Shown in pieces: positions 30,401 to 40,080 of a DNA stretch of 64,000 nucleotides (its first letter is position 1; each line of letters opens with the position of its first letter). Below the pieces are notes generated by a model. It ran no database searches. It was not told where the DNA came from and saw nothing but the letters and a program-made list of their open reading frames with translations. The DNA is taken from positions 15,655-79,654 of IMG/VR virus record IMGVR_UViG_3300042303_000421. One strand, 5' to 3'. The position numbers and the translations under genes were made by a program. This DNA is from a virus.

Positions 30401-32049
30401 AGGCTTTAGTAGACAATCAAGGTAGTTTTGAAGGTATAGAAGGTAAAGTAGATAAACAGTTCACAGGAGTGCTTAAAATAGGTGAGCAAGGTGGTAGTAT
30501 ATTAAATCTTGCAGTATTTGAAGGAATGACCGAAAAAGAAAAGATTAATTACTTTAAAAAGAATACCATATATGTAGGTAATAAAGGAATGGTTAAACAT
30601 ACGGCTACTGATTTACCAGTTCATAATTTAAATCTTAAAGCTAGAAGTAAAGGTGAAGTATTTTTACTTATACCTATGATTAATGGTGAAATGTTTCCTT
30701 TAAAATTAAACACTAATAAATTAAGTGATGAAAAAGCATCAGCTACATTAGATTTAATTATATTACGTTCAAGATTATTAAGTCAAAAACAAGATATGAC
30801 TTTTGATGAATTACAAGAGTATATTACTAATAATGATTTAGGAGCTATTCAAACTGAATTTGATTTTGTTAAACGTGAAGAAGATAATATTGATCAAACT
30901 TTAGAAAGACTTATTAACTTTATAGTATTTTCTCAAAATACAAATACTAAGACTAGATTAGAATTAAAACCTAATGGTGTTTTATTATTAGGAGAATTAC
31001 TTCATAAATTTAATGATAAATTACCTGCATTTGATGGAGATAAAGTAAAACATTATTATTATACTAATGAAATACTTGAAAGTTTATCTGGTGTACAAAG
31101 ACAATCATTAATTGATTATTTAAAATATAAAAGACATAATGTATTAATTACTAAAGATGGTAATGCTACATTTAATAATGATGCTTATATTAAATATTTA
31201 TTAGGAACTGAAACAGGTTATTCTGTTTTATCTACTAACGCAATAACTAATGAACCAACATTTCAAGGTTATTCAAATATTTATTTAAGTCAATCAGTTA
31301 CTAATAAAACAGAACCTAAAATTAAAAAAGCTGAAGATACTGATGATACACAAAGTCTTTTAGATAGTCTTAATTATGGTAATATTGTAGAAGAACCTAT
31401 AACTACTCAATCTGAAATAGAAGCTAAAAAAGCTGATATAGAAAGAAGATTAGGAATAAAATTACCTGTAAAAAACACTTCTCTACCTGTATCTTCTAAA
31501 ACATGGGGAGATAGAAAATCTCTTGCAAATCAATTATCTTCTGAATTAAAAGGAGTAGTTGAAAGAGGTGTATCTATGCAAGAATGGTTAGATAAAGGAT
31601 ATGGAAGACAATTAGCTACTTGGACAGACGAAACTATTATTGAGTTTTTAGAAGTAGCTGATATAGAAAAAAGAAGACAAGAAAAGTTAGAAGCTTATAA
31701 ATTAAAAAAAGACGGAACTCCTAAAAATGAAGCAGAATTAACCAAAGTATATGCAATAGATGATGTTAGAATTATCAATGCTAAATATGATGCAGAACTA
31801 AAAACATTAGAAACTCAAAATGTTCTTCCTACAGCTAATATTAATCAACCAGTATTAACTACTGAAAGTGAATTAGTTACCAAATTTAATAGTTTATCAG
31901 AAACTCAACAACTTGAAACAATTGAAACTTTAGCTGAAAAACTTAATAAACCTATTGATTCTTTAGTTGGTGAATCATTCATTGAAATGTTTAAAGAATT
32001 AACAAAAGGTGTAGAAAATAATAAAATTATAAAAATATGTGGATTTTAA
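27496..32049 (+). CDS. Large ejection/cargo protein 3 with predicted TM segments
   Basis: 1517 aa; hydrophobic Gly-rich segments, ESA.EA and SEG.WEEG.Q motifs; single Cys at residue 1515. Confidence 0.65.
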   Translation: MEKEKEFDPFKVLSKSTYDQKFTSPMSKTTESGSGDMYGYNVGLGSSKYDKNLSPTTSIEFNDFVDSLEDYRSKNQPWIDKAGAGLARVGLKVGVELAKMPGFIGGAIAAPFAEEGQGWETFVNNSWVKSLNNLNQKINNEYLPVYVKKAVAEGNLWANITSIDFWATDGADGIGYIVSMMAPGAILKGIGVGNKLAKLGANEKLLKVLNRADPLLSAQKGDVITATIANTMFESAAEAGNAMENFDKTKDTFIQSQLSKGLTAEEAEQTFTEQKARLGRDIFIANTAILMGPNALQSNMLWGRTVNKTATEVFDKKGTLLQNVINPQIYKKVSRRLGDIGKATISEGLWEEGMQMSVEHMFTNSAKKGQLTNNMFNDFNLGELGDAYLNTISSTEGLKAMFLGAFLGGGMQAFSGGKQDIRDRKATQSLLDVAHTSIDSYYKALTENVYNEDGSVNVTKARSKVAALKNLETLDEMYQNALAKGDFEVLEELRDIAGSQLAMGFIMNDKLGLEVLRKHLEESTQLEEVLQKEQELGNKVSKKDIVERVMSKATLMENALSNFQKFAPSLYNPTFKDESLTEEVKQQKTQEFRKVLAQNYLTNKVVKDIYNKKIKELEKDKAQILADLGYSSSVNLDLDNYTVDIEQANKVDKDVLETSDERLRKVTEDLKELKEEFQQVDKLDKLFWNKERIQKDFDKYNNQVKKDEKAVTPEKLEQYDSVLGEIAEIESIKELESYARNLKEEYQTNPVILDKLAEHKVALETALELKKAKEEADVIQEDEEQFEQDEVIGTTTVNTDTKSATDITIVTDLETLQNSETSEVEDTIEDPNNFLELKENTNPEFSDKNQSAARIISTYQDTGESIPGLESFVEYEKETRNKTNDKVTFSLGDLTQQKQDQLMSSILDKLKNDGTLNDKQIEMLENYLLIKVTLSNGTKSASSFIDSMSHPNPDIVTRETLPLRKAIIKALVDNQGSFEGIEGKVDKQFTGVLKIGEQGGSILNLAVFEGMTEKEKINYFKKNTIYVGNKGMVKHTATDLPVHNLNLKARSKGEVFLLIPMINGEMFPLKLNTNKLSDEKASATLDLIILRSRLLSQKQDMTFDELQEYITNNDLGAIQTEFDFVKREEDNIDQTLERLINFIVFSQNTNTKTRLELKPNGVLLLGELLHKFNDKLPAFDGDKVKHYYYTNEILESLSGVQRQSLIDYLKYKRHNVLITKDGNATFNNDAYIKYLLGTETGYSVLSTNAITNEPTFQGYSNIYLSQSVTNKTEPKIKKAEDTDDTQSLLDSLNYGNIVEEPITTQSEIEAKKADIERRLGIKLPVKNTSLPVSSKTWGDRKSLANQLSSELKGVVERGVSMQEWLDKGYGRQLATWTDETIIEFLEVADIEKRRQEKLEAYKLKKDGTPKNEAELTKVYAIDDVRIINAKYDAELKTLETQNVLPTANINQPVLTTESELVTKFNSLSETQQLETIETLAEKLNKPIDSLVGESFIEMFKELTKGVENNKIIKICGF

Positions 32050-32083
32050 TTTGGAATTGTCAAATAAATTTCGTATATTTGTA
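32050..32083 (+). promoter_or_regulatory. Bacteroidota-type promoter
   Basis: TTTG 32050, 20-nt spacer, TATATTTG 32074-32081. Confidence 0.72.
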
Positions 32084-32096
32084 AAAATGTATAAAT

Positions 32097-35000
32097 ATGA
32101 AATGTAAAAGAATAGCTTACACAGGAAAAGCTGAATCAATATTATTTGATACTATTTATGATAAAATAGCAAATCAAAATGAAAAAGTAGCAGAAGAACT
32201 GTTTGCATATTTTGGTAAAGAATCATTTATTGAAGATTTTGGAGATTATCTTCAAGATTATAAAAATAATAAATATGATTCTAACAGAATTGATGAGAAT
32301 GGTGAACCTGCTTTATTTTATGATGACACAGCTAAAAAACATTATTATTTAAATAAAAATAATGAAAAAGTATATTTTCCTTTAGTTGATAGAGGTTTAC
32401 GTGCTATTTATAGTTATAAACAAATTGCTAAAATTAAATCAAGATTAGCTTTAAATTATTTTAAAAATTCTGGATTAGATTTTAATAATATTGAATTTAG
32501 TGAAGGTGAAAGTTTACCAAATTTAAGAAATTTTATTATTAAAGAAATTACAGATAAAGCTACAGAACTTAAAGAACAAGGTGGAGTGAGTTTACTTAAA
32601 GCACGAAGCCTTGAACGTTCTTTAAAATATGTTGATGAATTAGTTGAAAATGTAGAAAACTTTTTTAGAGAGTTATCTATTGAAATTATAGAAAATGAAG
32701 AAGATACTTCTTTTTTAGAAGAAGAAGGTAGAGATCCATCATTTAATCAACATTCTGCAGAAAGAAATACTAAAGATAATATTAGTGCTAATGTTAAACT
32801 TAGATTAAGTTTATTAGAAGACCCTAATACCTTAGATCCTATATGGAATGAACCTACTTTTTTAGATAGAGATATGGTTTATTCTACATTACAAAGTGTA
32901 TTGTCTAATGAAATTGCTTTACCTAGTGAAGATTTGTTTGAAAATTATAAAACATATTTAAGTAGAGTTCAAGATAAAAAACCATACTTAAAAGGATTAT
33001 TAGAATATTTAAATAAAGTTACATCTGAAAATCAAAAAAGTGAATTTGTTCAAGCATTTAATCTTATTAAAAATAATCATATAGTAACTCAATTTGAAAT
33101 TACTAAACGTGTTGTTAATGAAGAAACTGGTGAAACAGAAATGTTTGTAGAACATAGAAGTTTACCTATTTCAGATACAGGTTCTAAGATTACAGTAGTT
33201 AAAGATGCTTGGGATATTAATTTTCAAAATAATTTTTTAACTGCTGATAATACATTAAAAACAGGTTCAATTGAAAGATTGAATAAAGCTTCTAATGTAT
33301 TAAAACAATATTTTAAAGATAGTGAGTTATTAACAGAAGATAATGTAGAAGGATTTGAAATTTTAGCAAATAAATCAATTAAATTTTTAGAAACATTAGG
33401 TGTTAATTTAACTAAAGAGGGATTTGATAATTTTATAGACAATTTTGGTAAAGATATTACATTTAATGATAGATTAAAAAACTTAAAAACTTTAATTAAT
33501 CAAACAGAATATGTTGTAAATGGTATTAAAACTAAATATAGTTATAAATCAGAAGATTACTCTAGTTTTATAGGATTGTCTCAAACACTTACAAAGTTAG
33601 CTTCATCTGAAGCTTTCTTTTTAAATGAAGGTTCTGATGCTACAATTGTTACATCTTCTTCTACTGGTAAATCAAAACAAAAATGGATTTATTCATATCC
33701 TTCTTATGTATCAACAAAAGTTAAACAATGGAAAAAAAATCCTAAATTATTATTAGATTTGTATAAATCTGGTAATTATCAATTAGGTTCTTTCTATATG
33801 GGTGTTTTAACAGGTACTATTAATAATAAAGGTGAAAAATTAAATCTTGAAGAAAAAGATCAATTAGAACTATCTAAGAAGATTTTAGAAGGATTAGATG
33901 TTGCTATTATGAATCAAATGTCTTCTGATAGTGAGTACAAAGAAACTACCAATTTATCTTATAAAGATTATTTAGTAGATTATGTTAATAAAGTACTTAA
34001 AGAAGATGATTTTATTAGAACAACAACTCCTGCAGATAAAACAACAGAATTACAAATTAAAACAGGAATTAGATTAAATTCATTTAATGGTTTAAATCAA
34101 GATAAAAAAATTAATATTAGACCTAGAACATTAGACATATTTTTTAACTATTTTAGTTCAGAATATAATAGAATGTTAGAAGCTAATCAAGATGTTATTA
34201 ATGCTGAAACTAATCCTGAAAAATATAAATTAACACCTCATTATCATTATCAATATGAAATTAAAGATAAAAATGGTAATAAAATTATAAATCCAAATCC
34301 TTATGATAAAAGTGGTAATGCTTTCAAATCACAATATTTTGAAAAGTTGTCACCAAATTCAAAAGGTCAAACTAATTTAGAAGACCAAATTACTAATTTA
34401 TTATATGATAATAAAGGTAATTTTAACTTTCAGAAATTAACAAGAGAAAGTAGTGAAGAATTAAATAGTTTATTTAATCAATATATTACTACTAACTTAA
34501 GATCTCGTATTGAACAAACAATTAGTTATTTACAAGCTAATGAAGTATTTATTAGAAATAAAGAAGGTATAATTGTACCTAATAAAATAGATTCTAAAAT
34601 ATTAACAAGTGGAGCATATAGAAACGTATCAGCAGCTCAAAAAGCAATTGCGTTTGCTACTGACTTTATAATTAACGGTTTAGTTTCTAATGTTGAATAT
34701 TCTAAAATGTTTACAGGTGATGTAGCATTTTATAAGAATATGGTAGATTATAAAAAACGTGTACCTGCATCATATACTGATGGTTTGCAATTAAGAATAA
34801 CTCAAGGTAATGAATTTTTTAATATTGCTACTATTGAAAGTGTATATCGTAAATCACCTTTTTATGACTTACTTGTTGAAAGTTTAAGTGAAGAAGGAGC
34901 TAGACCTTATGAAAATATTAACTCTGCTGATGCTCAAGCATGGATTACACCTAAACGTTGGAAATTTTTAATTCAAGCATTAGGTAAATGGACTAAAGTT

Positions 35001-38000
35001 CATGATGAAGTTTATAAAAAAATGATTTCTAATAATATTGAACAATATACTGAAAAAGAATTAAAAGTTGCAGCACAACCTTTAAAAGGTGTGTATTTCT
35101 TTAGAGATAATAGTGGTAAACCTACATATCTTAAATATTCACAAGCAGTATTAACTAAATCATTAATACAAGATTCTGATTTAGAAAAAGTATTCAATCA
35201 GATGGAAGTTGATAATGTTGATGAATTGATTACTTTTGATGGTGTTAAAGTTGGAGCAATTGAACCAACTAAAATACATGATGAAAATGGTAATGTTGTT
35301 CAAGATATTAAATATAATGTACAAACACTATCTAATTATGGTTGGAAACTTCAACAAGATTTACCAACTAAAACATATAAAGATACTGATGTAGGTTCTC
35401 AGATTCAAAAAAATATATTTGCAGGATTATTACATTTACAAAACGATACTAATTTTGAATTAGATGGTCAATTAGTAAGTGGTAAATATGTTAAAGATGA
35501 AATTGTTAAAACTATTACAGGTTTAACTAATCAAGGTTTAGAATCTCTTAAAAAAGAATTTAAAATTGATGATGATTTTAGAATTGGAGATATTTCAGGA
35601 TTTTATAATGCATTAATTTCTGAATTACAAAAACGTGGTGGTTCTGAAAATGTTATTAAAGCATTACAATCAGAAGTTACAATTGTAGGTATTCCTCAAT
35701 CATCTGAAAAGTTATTTAATATGTTTGCTTCAATTATGAATAGTAGACTTGTTAAAATTAAAACTAATGGTGGTTCTTTTATTCAAATGAGTAACTTTGG
35801 TTTAAATAAATCTGAAGCTGATTCTAAAGGTGTTATATGGCATCCTGAAGCATTATCTACAGTACATGAACCACATATATATATTCATCCTGAAACATTA
35901 AGACCAACAGTAAGACCTGGTGGTGTTTTAATATCAGGAAGTTTTATAGCTAAATATATTCCTAATTGGAAAAGTTATGATGAAGTAGAATTATTTGTAG
36001 GTAAAGATGGTAAACCACCAATTATAGATAAAAAAATACAAGATAACATTATAGGTTATCGTATTCCTAATCAGGGTTTAGCTTCTAATGATGCTTTACA
36101 AATTGTAGGTATATTACCTGAAACATCTGGAGATACTATTGTAGCTTATACAGGTATTACTACTAAAACTGGTTCAGATTTTGACGTTGATAAAATGTAT
36201 ATAATGTTTCCATCTTATAATAAAAAAGACAAACAACTTATATATAAAGAAAATGATTTAGGTAACAGATTAATAGAATTATATAAATCTGTGTTAACAC
36301 ATCCTGAAGTTTATAAATCTGTAATGAAACCTATTGATATTGAATTTATTAAAAATGAAATTAATACTTTATTTCCAGAAACAGATTCTGTATTTATGAG
36401 TCATTTTGACCCAGAAGTAGATTTAAAACTTAGATATTATTTTTTAGGTGGTAAAGCTGGTGTTGGTCAAGAAGCTAATGCTTTAGTTGATATTAGTAGA
36501 GAAGGTAAACTTTCTTTAAATGATATTAAATATATAACTTGGGGTCATCATAACACTGAAGGTGAAAGTGCTTTTGATTTTGAATATTCTGAAGAATTAT
36601 CTGATAAAGACTTAGATTATTATGTTAAACAAATAGTTAAAAGTACTGCTACTCAAAAAGAAATTGATGAATTTAAAAATGAATTACGTAAAGTAAAAGT
36701 AGGTGATTCATTAACAGCAATTCTTAATGCGTTTGTGGATATTGCAAAAGACCCATATATATCTAAAGGTAACTGGACAACAGCTACAACTAATATAGGT
36801 AATCTTTTATTACGTATTGGTGCACATCCTTTATATGTTGTTAACTTTTTAGCTAATCCTGTAATTGCAGAATATATTGAGTATTTAAAATCTAAAGAAG
36901 GTATTACTAATACTGAAAAAGATTTAGGTTCATTAGATAGTTTTAAAAAGTTTAAAAAACATATTGTTAAAACAGCTTTAAATGCTTCTACACCTGAAAG
37001 TTCAAATACTTTATTGGGTAATTTATATTTAGATTATTATAAAAATTTTAATATTGATTGGCAAAAAGAAAAGCTTTCTCAAGATCTTAAAAATAATTTT
37101 GTAACTAAAGAACAATATGATAAAGAAATAATTAAATTAGATAATTCATTTAATACTTCAAAAACAAAAGTTAAAAAACTTTTAAAAGTTTCAGATGAAG
37201 AAATTACAAATATTATTAATTTAATGAATCAACAACATTCTAAAGTATTTTTACATGAAAAATATAGTGTATTTAATAAAGATAGATTTGATTTAGAATA
37301 TTTTAGAAATCAAGTAACTACAACTAAACCAGATTCTGAGTTTAGAATGAATATTTTAAATACTTTTAAAGAATTAAATGAGTTTAGTAAGAATGTTAGA
37401 GAAAATGTAATGGTTTCTAAACTAGATACTGATGGTATGGGTAAAGATCATAATAAATTATTCACAATATTTAATATGATACAAATTATTAATGATAAAG
37501 TTGAAAATAATGTACCAGGAGCTATTAAAGGCTTTAATAGTAAATTTGAAGGTACAACACTAGAAGCATATTATAATAGCTTAAAATGGGTTAAAAACGT
37601 TGTAGAAAGCAATCCTTTATTATTTCCTACAGGTACAATTCAAACTAGACAACAATTTAATGAAATTTCTCAAGATGTCTATAGTAGTTTATTAACTAAT
37701 GAAGAAATGAGTAATGATTTAAGTAGAGAATATAATTCTTATTTAATGGAACAATTCTTTAATATTACTAAAGAAGAAAAGTTAGATTTAATTGATAATT
37801 TACCTAATAGATTTAAAGAATTTAAAGAAGCTAATAAAGATAAGTATTTTATACTTGATGAATTAACATTAGATATTCCTAAAAGTAAAAAACGTAAAGC
37901 TATTATTTCTTTAACTAATAGAAAGAAATCTAAAGCATATGAAAAAATATTTACAGATTCTTGGAGAGATTTATTTATAGATAATCCTACATTAGCAGAA

Positions 38001-40079
38001 GATTTAGTTAAATATTCTTTTGTTACTTCAGGATTTAAAATGAATGCAACACAATTTTATACATACATACCATTTGAATATTTTGTTCAAAATCAAATTA
38101 ATAGTAAAGTTAATGATATTATAAATAATAACACATTTGACTTTTTAGATAAGTTTTACTTAAATAAATTAGAAAATAAAAAATATGTTAAAAAAGTATT
38201 TGATAATAATTTAAATTTAGCAATTGGTACTAATGTTGTTAAAAAAGACAATGGTTTTAAATTAGAAAAAGGTTCTAAGTATTATGTAGAATTAGAAGTT
38301 AAAATTCCAGATAATGCTCCTGCTGATTTTGTACCAAAACTTAAATATTATAAATTGGTTGGTTTTAATAAAAATGAAGACGGATTATATGTTAGAATTA
38401 ATAATACACCATTATCTTTAAATAAACGTAAATTAACAGACTATAGTGATAATATATTTGATGATGTTATTAATGAAGAAACACAATACATTAAATCACA
38501 AGTAATATTTGATAGAAATATGAATAAAATAAATGATATTGTTGATGATGTTATTGAAACTACAGAAGTTCAACCTCAAGTTCAACCTCAATCTAATAAA
38601 ATATTATTTAAAGAAGAACTAACATTAGGATATAAAAATAGAACTATTAAAAATGCTAGTGCAGATGCTACAATAGCAATAGCAATAGATTTTAATAGTG
38701 CTGGAGAAAGATTAACTAAATCATCTGTATTAAGTCAAAATAAAAAATATATTTCTTTAGATGCTAGTAATTTAACTGTTACACAAGAAAGAGTTGATAA
38801 AATAGTAGAACAATTAAACTCTGCTAAAGAATATACTTCTGAAAATATAACTTCTTTAAAACCAAATGAAGTATTTGTATTTGGTAGTAATGCAGAAGGA
38901 GTTCATGGAAAAGGTGCTGCATTATTAGCTAAAACTAATTTTGGAGCTAAACAAAGTCAATCAGAAGGATTACAAGGACAATCTTATGCAGTTATTACAA
39001 AGAAAAACTGGAGAGTTGAAAAATCTTCTACATTAGAAGAAATTGGTAAAGGACTACAAGATATGTTACTATTTGCTAAACAAAATCCAGACAAGAAATT
39101 TTTAGTTACTAAACTTGGTAGTTCATTAGCAGGATATTCAGTAGAAGAAATTAAAGAATTATTTGAGAAATTAAAAAATATTATTCCAAATAATGTTATT
39201 TTACCTAAAGAATATGAAATTAGAGGAATAACTTTAAATATTGCTGGTAATGGTATTTATACTATGAAAGGTAAATATACTCAGCAGCAAGTTGATGATT
39301 TTACATATAATTTATTAAAAGCTGTTATTGAATCTCCAAATCTTAAAACTAAAATAGAAAGTATTAGAAGTGGTGGTCAAACAGGTTTTGATGAAGCAGG
39401 TACAAAAGCAGGTATTAAATTAGGTTTACCAACATTAACTTTAGCTCCTAAAGGTTGGACTTTTAGAGATATAACAGGTAAAGATATTTCTAATGAACAA
39501 CAGTTTAAAGCTAGATTTGGTGAAGTAATTACTCAACAACCTCAATTAGTTGAAAATATTTATAATCAATTAGGAAATAAAACAGTTTCTAATAATGTAG
39601 AAATATTAGATTGGAAAGACTTAAAAGAATATGATGCACCAATTGAAAAAGATCTTGAAGGAAATTTAGAATTTATTATTTCTACCAGAATACCTAAAGT
39701 TTTTAATCATTTTGGAAATCCTTTTAGTCATGATCCAGCAGGTAAAACTCAAGGATTAATTAAAACAGAAACTATAAAAGAAGCTGTTGAAAAATATATT
39801 GATTGGGTTATTAATTCAAAAGATGATAGAGCTGAATGGATTAGAAAACAAATTCAATCAGGTAAATTAAAAGGTCTACCTATTTTGTACTATAAAGAAT
39901 TAAATCAACCTTCTCACGCTACAGCTTTAGATTATTTAATAAATAAACATAATTGGAATATTGAAACAAATAATCAACCATCTCAATTATCTTTATTTCC
40001 AGAATTATCTGAACAAGAATTTAATAACTTAACTGAAGAAGAACGAGCTACAATTTTGTGGCAAAAAAATAATTGTTAA
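32097..40079 (+). CDS. Virion-packaged DNA-dependent RNA polymerase (two-barrel, phi14:2 gp66-like) with C-terminal accessory domains
   Basis: 2660 aa; catalytic GSDFDVDKM (36177-36191), YRIPNQG, DAQAWIT, QPLKG, KYS, VDIAKDP. Confidence 0.93.
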   Translation: MKCKRIAYTGKAESILFDTIYDKIANQNEKVAEELFAYFGKESFIEDFGDYLQDYKNNKYDSNRIDENGEPALFYDDTAKKHYYLNKNNEKVYFPLVDRGLRAIYSYKQIAKIKSRLALNYFKNSGLDFNNIEFSEGESLPNLRNFIIKEITDKATELKEQGGVSLLKARSLERSLKYVDELVENVENFFRELSIEIIENEEDTSFLEEEGRDPSFNQHSAERNTKDNISANVKLRLSLLEDPNTLDPIWNEPTFLDRDMVYSTLQSVLSNEIALPSEDLFENYKTYLSRVQDKKPYLKGLLEYLNKVTSENQKSEFVQAFNLIKNNHIVTQFEITKRVVNEETGETEMFVEHRSLPISDTGSKITVVKDAWDINFQNNFLTADNTLKTGSIERLNKASNVLKQYFKDSELLTEDNVEGFEILANKSIKFLETLGVNLTKEGFDNFIDNFGKDITFNDRLKNLKTLINQTEYVVNGIKTKYSYKSEDYSSFIGLSQTLTKLASSEAFFLNEGSDATIVTSSSTGKSKQKWIYSYPSYVSTKVKQWKKNPKLLLDLYKSGNYQLGSFYMGVLTGTINNKGEKLNLEEKDQLELSKKILEGLDVAIMNQMSSDSEYKETTNLSYKDYLVDYVNKVLKEDDFIRTTTPADKTTELQIKTGIRLNSFNGLNQDKKINIRPRTLDIFFNYFSSEYNRMLEANQDVINAETNPEKYKLTPHYHYQYEIKDKNGNKIINPNPYDKSGNAFKSQYFEKLSPNSKGQTNLEDQITNLLYDNKGNFNFQKLTRESSEELNSLFNQYITTNLRSRIEQTISYLQANEVFIRNKEGIIVPNKIDSKILTSGAYRNVSAAQKAIAFATDFIINGLVSNVEYSKMFTGDVAFYKNMVDYKKRVPASYTDGLQLRITQGNEFFNIATIESVYRKSPFYDLLVESLSEEGARPYENINSADAQAWITPKRWKFLIQALGKWTKVHDEVYKKMISNNIEQYTEKELKVAAQPLKGVYFFRDNSGKPTYLKYSQAVLTKSLIQDSDLEKVFNQMEVDNVDELITFDGVKVGAIEPTKIHDENGNVVQDIKYNVQTLSNYGWKLQQDLPTKTYKDTDVGSQIQKNIFAGLLHLQNDTNFELDGQLVSGKYVKDEIVKTITGLTNQGLESLKKEFKIDDDFRIGDISGFYNALISELQKRGGSENVIKALQSEVTIVGIPQSSEKLFNMFASIMNSRLVKIKTNGGSFIQMSNFGLNKSEADSKGVIWHPEALSTVHEPHIYIHPETLRPTVRPGGVLISGSFIAKYIPNWKSYDEVELFVGKDGKPPIIDKKIQDNIIGYRIPNQGLASNDALQIVGILPETSGDTIVAYTGITTKTGSDFDVDKMYIMFPSYNKKDKQLIYKENDLGNRLIELYKSVLTHPEVYKSVMKPIDIEFIKNEINTLFPETDSVFMSHFDPEVDLKLRYYFLGGKAGVGQEANALVDISREGKLSLNDIKYITWGHHNTEGESAFDFEYSEELSDKDLDYYVKQIVKSTATQKEIDEFKNELRKVKVGDSLTAILNAFVDIAKDPYISKGNWTTATTNIGNLLLRIGAHPLYVVNFLANPVIAEYIEYLKSKEGITNTEKDLGSLDSFKKFKKHIVKTALNASTPESSNTLLGNLYLDYYKNFNIDWQKEKLSQDLKNNFVTKEQYDKEIIKLDNSFNTSKTKVKKLLKVSDEEITNIINLMNQQHSKVFLHEKYSVFNKDRFDLEYFRNQVTTTKPDSEFRMNILNTFKELNEFSKNVRENVMVSKLDTDGMGKDHNKLFTIFNMIQIINDKVENNVPGAIKGFNSKFEGTTLEAYYNSLKWVKNVVESNPLLFPTGTIQTRQQFNEISQDVYSSLLTNEEMSNDLSREYNSYLMEQFFNITKEEKLDLIDNLPNRFKEFKEANKDKYFILDELTLDIPKSKKRKAIISLTNRKKSKAYEKIFTDSWRDLFIDNPTLAEDLVKYSFVTSGFKMNATQFYTYIPFEYFVQNQINSKVNDIINNNTFDFLDKFYLNKLENKKYVKKVFDNNLNLAIGTNVVKKDNGFKLEKGSKYYVELEVKIPDNAPADFVPKLKYYKLVGFNKNEDGLYVRINNTPLSLNKRKLTDYSDNIFDDVINEETQYIKSQVIFDRNMNKINDIVDDVIETTEVQPQVQPQSNKILFKEELTLGYKNRTIKNASADATIAIAIDFNSAGERLTKSSVLSQNKKYISLDASNLTVTQERVDKIVEQLNSAKEYTSENITSLKPNEVFVFGSNAEGVHGKGAALLAKTNFGAKQSQSEGLQGQSYAVITKKNWRVEKSSTLEEIGKGLQDMLLFAKQNPDKKFLVTKLGSSLAGYSVEEIKELFEKLKNIIPNNVILPKEYEIRGITLNIAGNGIYTMKGKYTQQQVDDFTYNLLKAVIESPNLKTKIESIRSGGQTGFDEAGTKAGIKLGLPTLTLAPKGWTFRDITGKDISNEQQFKARFGEVITQQPQLVENIYNQLGNKTVSNNVEILDWKDLKEYDAPIEKDLEGNLEFIISTRIPKVFNHFGNPFSHDPAGKTQGLIKTETIKEAVEKYIDWVINSKDDRAEWIRKQIQSGKLKGLPILYYKELNQPSHATALDYLINKHNWNIETNNQPSQLSLFPELSEQEFNNLTEEERATILWQKNNC

Positions 40080-40080
40080 T

